Source: Spirochaetota bacterium (GTDB lineage Bacteria > Spirochaetota > UBA4802 > UBA5550). Taken from it: DNA of 64,000 bases. Made by a program: the position numbers and the translations under genes. The notes below the pieces were generated by a model. That model made no database searches. It was not told the DNA's origin and worked only from the letters and a program-made list of their open reading frames with translations. The stretch covers positions 640,001-704,000 of the forward strand of contig OY760686.1 of assembly GCA_963663865.1 (NCBI GenBank), read 5' to 3'. Positions 60,147 through 64,000 of this stretch are shown here, piece after piece (the stretch's first letter is position 1; every line of letters begins with the position of its first letter).

Positions 60147-61388
60147 ATGATTAAAATAAACGATATACTTGTAAAACCGGCCGGCCCGGACTGCAATCTC
60201 GGCTGCACCTACTGCTTTTATTCAGAAAAGATCGATATGTTTTCAGAAACCCGAAAGCACAGGATGGATGAAGCCGTATTGAAAACTATGATTCGTTCCT
60301 TCCTGATGGAAAGCGGACCCAACCCCTATATGGGCTGGCAGGGCGGTGAGCCGACATTAATGGGGCTCGACTTTTTTAAGAAGGCTGTTGAGTATCAAAA
60401 GCGCTTTGCACCTGAGAAAACCGTGATGAACGGGCTGCAGACAAACGGCGTCCTGCTGGACAGGAAGTGGGCCAGGTTTCTCAGAGATAATAACTTCCTT
60501 GTGGGGCTCTCTCTTGACGGGCCGCAGCATATCCACGATAAATACAGAAAGACAATTTCGGGAAACGGGACCTGGGAAAAGGTAAGATATAACGCAGAAA
60601 TGCTGATTCGCGCAGGCGTTAAGGTTAACGCCATGACAGTTGTGAACGACTATTCGGTGAACTACCCTGATGAAATATATGAACATCTGAAGGAGACCGG
60701 GTTCAGGCATATGCAGTACATTCCCTGTGTTGAGAAGGGGAAAGACGGCAGGCCTGTCGATTTTAGTGTTCCATCAGAAGGTTATGGTGAGTTTCTTTGC
60801 TCAATATTTGACAGGTGGATAGACGATTTTGACAACGATATACCCTCGGTCTCTGTCCGACTGTTTGATGTTCTTTTTTACTACTATGTTGGGAAGGCTA
60901 TTCCCGAATGCACATATCAAAGGGAGTGCGGTCAATACCTTGTTGTTGAACACAATGGGAACGTCTATCCATGCGATTTCTTTGTTAGTGAGGAACACTA
61001 CCTCGGCAATATTATGGAGACTTCAATCGGAAGACTGATAAATTCAGAAAAGCAGCGGACTTTCGGGGCGGAAAAAGCCCTGCTTCCGGAAGAATGCTCC
61101 GAGTGTAAATGGCTCAATATTTGCCATGGGGGGTGCATGAAGGACAGAGTGAGCGTAGAGGGCTCTGTGCCGGCAAATCATCTCTGCAAGGGATATAAGA
61201 TTTTCTTTGAACATGCGGATGAAAAGTTCAAAGAAAATGCCCGGATATGGAAAGAAAAGCGAAATAAAGAGGTCAAAAAGATGGTTGAGCTTAATGATGT
61301 TATGGGGACTGCATCTCCGGGAAGGAATGACCCCTGTCCATGCGGAAGCGGACGCAAGTTTAAAAAGTGCTGCGGCTCACAGGTCTGA
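60147..61388 (+). CDS. Anaerobic sulfatase maturase (radical SAM/SPASM) with C-terminal SEC-C
   Basis: KPAGPDCNLGCTYC, WQGGEPTL, YPCDFFV, GRNDPCPCGSGRKFKKCC. Start 60147 or 60138. Confidence 0.94.
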   Translation: MIKINDILVKPAGPDCNLGCTYCFYSEKIDMFSETRKHRMDEAVLKTMIRSFLMESGPNPYMGWQGGEPTLMGLDFFKKAVEYQKRFAPEKTVMNGLQTNGVLLDRKWARFLRDNNFLVGLSLDGPQHIHDKYRKTISGNGTWEKVRYNAEMLIRAGVKVNAMTVVNDYSVNYPDEIYEHLKETGFRHMQYIPCVEKGKDGRPVDFSVPSEGYGEFLCSIFDRWIDDFDNDIPSVSVRLFDVLFYYYVGKAIPECTYQRECGQYLVVEHNGNVYPCDFFVSEEHYLGNIMETSIGRLINSEKQRTFGAEKALLPEECSECKWLNICHGGCMKDRVSVEGSVPANHLCKGYKIFFEHADEKFKENARIWKEKRNKEVKKMVELNDVMGTASPGRNDPCPCGSGRKFKKCCGSQV

Positions 61389-61408
61389 TAGTTTATGGAG
61401 GGTTTTAT

Positions 61409-61855
61409 ATGAAATATGTTCATGTTATTATGGCGGCTTTTTTGATTGCCTCACTGGGCTGTTCAAAAGAAAAGCATCAATCGGCAGTTGATGACAGACA
61501 GAAAAAAACTGAACTGACATCTTCTACAGCAATGCATAGCGCTGCCATGTCAGGGGATATACAGGCAGTCAGAGCCCTAATTAAAGAAGGCGCCGATGTG
61601 GACCGCCCTCTTGAGAATGGGAATACAGCGCTGATGCTGGCTGCGTATAAGGGTAATCCTGCGATTGCAGAGCTTCTGATAAAAAGCGGCGCTCATGTGA
61701 ATAAAGTAAACATGTATAATCAGAATGCCCTGACGTACGCCGCAAGCGGTGATTCTGTTGAGACATATTACACAATTGTGAGAAAGATACTATACGTTAT
61801 CCTGCCGAAAACGGAATCAATATCACTTTTAGTAATTTATTATTTACTTGATTGA
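61409..61855 (+). CDS. Ankyrin-repeat lipoprotein, possibly 3'-truncated
   Basis: Lipobox SLGC; TAMHSAA.SG, GNTALMLAAYKG, NALTYAA; third repeat breaks off into AT-rich sequence. Confidence 0.75.
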   Translation: MKYVHVIMAAFLIASLGCSKEKHQSAVDDRQKKTELTSSTAMHSAAMSGDIQAVRALIKEGADVDRPLENGNTALMLAAYKGNPAIAELLIKSGAHVNKVNMYNQNALTYAASGDSVETYYTIVRKILYVILPKTESISLLVIYYLLD

Positions 61856-62060
61856 AAATGTAAATTGAGTATATTACACTTGATGTGATTACGACACTAT
61901 ACCATATCATTTTCCCACTCTTCCCAGATTCCATGTATTATATTTTAAACATACACATCTATTGGCTTTTTTACTTGGGGAAGGGAACAATCTCGATTTA
62001 AGTTTTTTCAAATAAAAATGCACGGGCACAATTCGAAACATTTCCGACTTTATAAAACTA

Positions 62061-64000
62061 TTGTTATATTTATTTGGAGGTAATTGTATCGTAAATTATG
62101 AAAAGGAAGAACCGTTTCGATCGGAGCTTTACAGCTCGGAGCAGATGAACCGTTATGGCGAGGTAGTAGCACGGTCACATAAATTGTTAAAAGCAAAAAC
62201 CAGGGATCTGCTCTTGAAACGTCTCGATGTTAACGAAGAAAAATTGATTGGAGTGCGTGGAGCGCTGATCAAAAACATACGATCCGGGAAAACCATCACC
62301 CCCGCTGCAGAATGGCTTCTTGATAATTATTACTTGATTGAAGAACAAATAGTTATTGCAAGGAAGCATTTACCGAAAGGATACAGCGAAGGATTACCGT
62401 GTCTTGCTGCTGGTGCTTCGTGTGGCATGCTGCGCGTTTATGACATCATTCTTGAAATAATTTCACATAGTGATGGGAGAGTTGACATAAAAAGTCTCAG
62501 TACTTTCATTGCTGCATATCAGAAATACACAGTATTAACACTTGGTGAATTATGGGCAATACCGATAATGCTGCGTCTAGCTGTTATCGAAAACCTGCGC
62601 AGGGTTTCAGAAAAAATATCTGAAGATATGATTGCTAATAACCTGGCGGATTATTGGGCCGAAAAAATGATAGCAACAGTAAAAGAGAATCCTGCTGATC
62701 TGATCCTGGTAGTTGCCGACATGGCAAGGTCAAAACCTGTTTTGTCAGGATCTTTTGTCGCCACCTTAATAAGAGAACTGCAGGGGAAGGGGCCGGCACT
62801 GTCATTACCGCTTAGCTGGATGGAACAACAATTATCCGGCATGGTTGTCAACAGTAATGATCTGGTTCGTCAGGAGAATCAGAAACAGGCTGCTGACCAG
62901 GTTTCAATTCGCAATAGTATTGGTACATTGCGGTTACTCAGTGCAACAGACTGGCGCGAATTTGTCGAAAACTTGAGTAGTGTCGAGCGGGTGCTGCGCC
63001 AGGATGACATATATCCGTTGATGGATTTCGACACGCGCGATAGATATCGGCATGTGGTTGAATCCATTTCCAAAGCCAGTCCTTTTTCTGAAACGGAAGT
63101 TGCGCAGAAGGCAATTGATCTGACAATAAAACAAAGCAGATCAGGGCATAAAGAGAAACGGCAGGAGCATGTTGGTTTTTACCTCGTTGATAAAGGAGTA
63201 ACGCAGACCGAAGAGGCCGCAGGCATGCGTTATTCTCTCAGGCAGAAGCTGATTCGTGGAGCTAAACGTTCACCATTTGTTTTTTATTCCGGATTTATAA
63301 TTTTTTTAACATTGGCAGCTGCGTCAGGTATGTGTTTCATCGCATACAAATATGGTATTCGCAGCAGTCTGTTATTGATTCTGGTTGGGGTGCTTTCTGT
63401 TTTATGCAGTTCACAAATGGCCGTTTCTATTATTAACTGGCTCTCTACTATTTTTGTGAAACCGGAACTTTTACCAAGGATGGATTTTTCAGGTCATATC
63501 CCTCCTGAATATAGCACGCTTGTAGTTGTTCCTACAATGCTTACCTCCAAGTCTTATATCGATTACCTGCTTGAGGCTCTTGAAATAAGGTTTCTTGCCA
63601 ATAGAAAAGCAAATCTGTATTTTGGATTATTGACCGATTTTGCGGACGCAGACACGGAAATAACATCAGAAGACGATGAATTGCTGCAATTGGCCAGTAA
63701 CGGTATTAAATTATTAAATGTGAAATATAAAGAGCAGAATAATGACATTTTCTTTTTATTTCATCGCTCGAGAAAGTGGAATGCAGCAGAAAAAAAGTGG
63801 ATGGGGTACGAGAGGAAAAGAGGGAAAATATCGGTACTTAACGCATTAATTATGGGAAAGAGTTATAATGATTTTTCATTGGTTATCGGAGAATATAGTA
63901 TAATAAAACGGGTAAAATATGTAATAACCCTGGATTCGGATACCCAGTTCCCAATGGATGCTGCGTGGAAATTAATCGCAACAATGGCCCATCCTCTGAA
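62061..64000 (+). CDS. ndvB: Cyclic beta-1,2-glucan synthase (Cgs/NdvB/ChvB), 5' part, runs off the window; start uncertain
   Basis: Not in the ORF track; one frame gives PFRSEL, TPAAEWLLDNYYLIEEQ, LTLGELWAIPIMLRL, WMGYERKRGK, YVITLDSDTQ, MAHPL. Confidence 0.9.
   Translation, partial: MLYLFGGNCIVNYEKEEPFRSELYSSEQMNRYGEVVARSHKLLKAKTRDLLLKRLDVNEEKLIGVRGALIKNIRSGKTITPAAEWLLDNYYLIEEQIVIARKHLPKGYSEGLPCLAAGASCGMLRVYDIILEIISHSDGRVDIKSLSTFIAAYQKYTVLTLGELWAIPIMLRLAVIENLRRVSEKISEDMIANNLADYWAEKMIATVKENPADLILVVADMARSKPVLSGSFVATLIRELQGKGPALSLPLSWMEQQLSGMVVNSNDLVRQENQKQAADQVSIRNSIGTLRLLSATDWREFVENLSSVERVLRQDDIYPLMDFDTRDRYRHVVESISKASPFSETEVAQKAIDLTIKQSRSGHKEKRQEHVGFYLVDKGVTQTEEAAGMRYSLRQKLIRGAKRSPFVFYSGFIIFLTLAAASGMCFIAYKYGIRSSLLLILVGVLSVLCSSQMAVSIINWLSTIFVKPELLPRMDFSGHIPPEYSTLVVVPTMLTSKSYIDYLLEALEIRFLANRKANLYFGLLTDFADADTEITSEDDELLQLASNGIKLLNVKYKEQNNDIFFLFHRSRKWNAAEKKWMGYERKRGKISVLNALIMGKSYNDFSLVIGEYSIIKRVKYVITLDSDTQFPMDAAWKLIATMAHPL

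Noticed and set aside
62187-63748. Short minus-strand ORFs at the window end
   Set aside because: Antisense to the continuous plus-strand glucan synthase frame that the track omitted because it lacks a stop in the window.

Overview
Bacterial diderm genomic DNA. The host is tentatively a spirochaete (Leptospira-like attC sites, FecR lipoprotein, membrane-anchored AraC regulators); this is inference only. Positions 1 to about 15.1 kb form a defence/mobile island. It starts with the end of an integron-like cassette array (two attC sites, a HEPN gene, no integrase in the window). A type I R-M locus follows (hsdM-hsdS-hsdR), carrying GIY-YIG and HNH nucleases, a TIR-STAND NTPase and two RhuM genes, and then a Phd/PIN toxin-antitoxin pair bracketed by 62-bp direct repeats. 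The most striking signal is three families of short palindromic repeats. Family A brackets a DUF559 nuclease domain inserted in frame in HsdM and recurs in frame in HsdM and HsdR loops. Family B clusters behind the GIY-YIG gene and sits in frame at the HsdS N-terminus. Family C is a GTAG-type REP. The rest of the window holds two sulfatase/anSME-SEC-C loci with membrane AraC regulators, an ExbBD-TonB-TBDR-ABC-PqqL cluster, an MCP, an omptin, a YaiO/HEAT-GT2 polysaccharide operon with an apparently triple-degenerate ODP-GGDEF-REC protein, and the 5' part of a cyclic beta-1,2-glucan synthase. No rRNA, tRNA or CRISPR array was seen. All family calls come from motif recognition by eye, not database searches.
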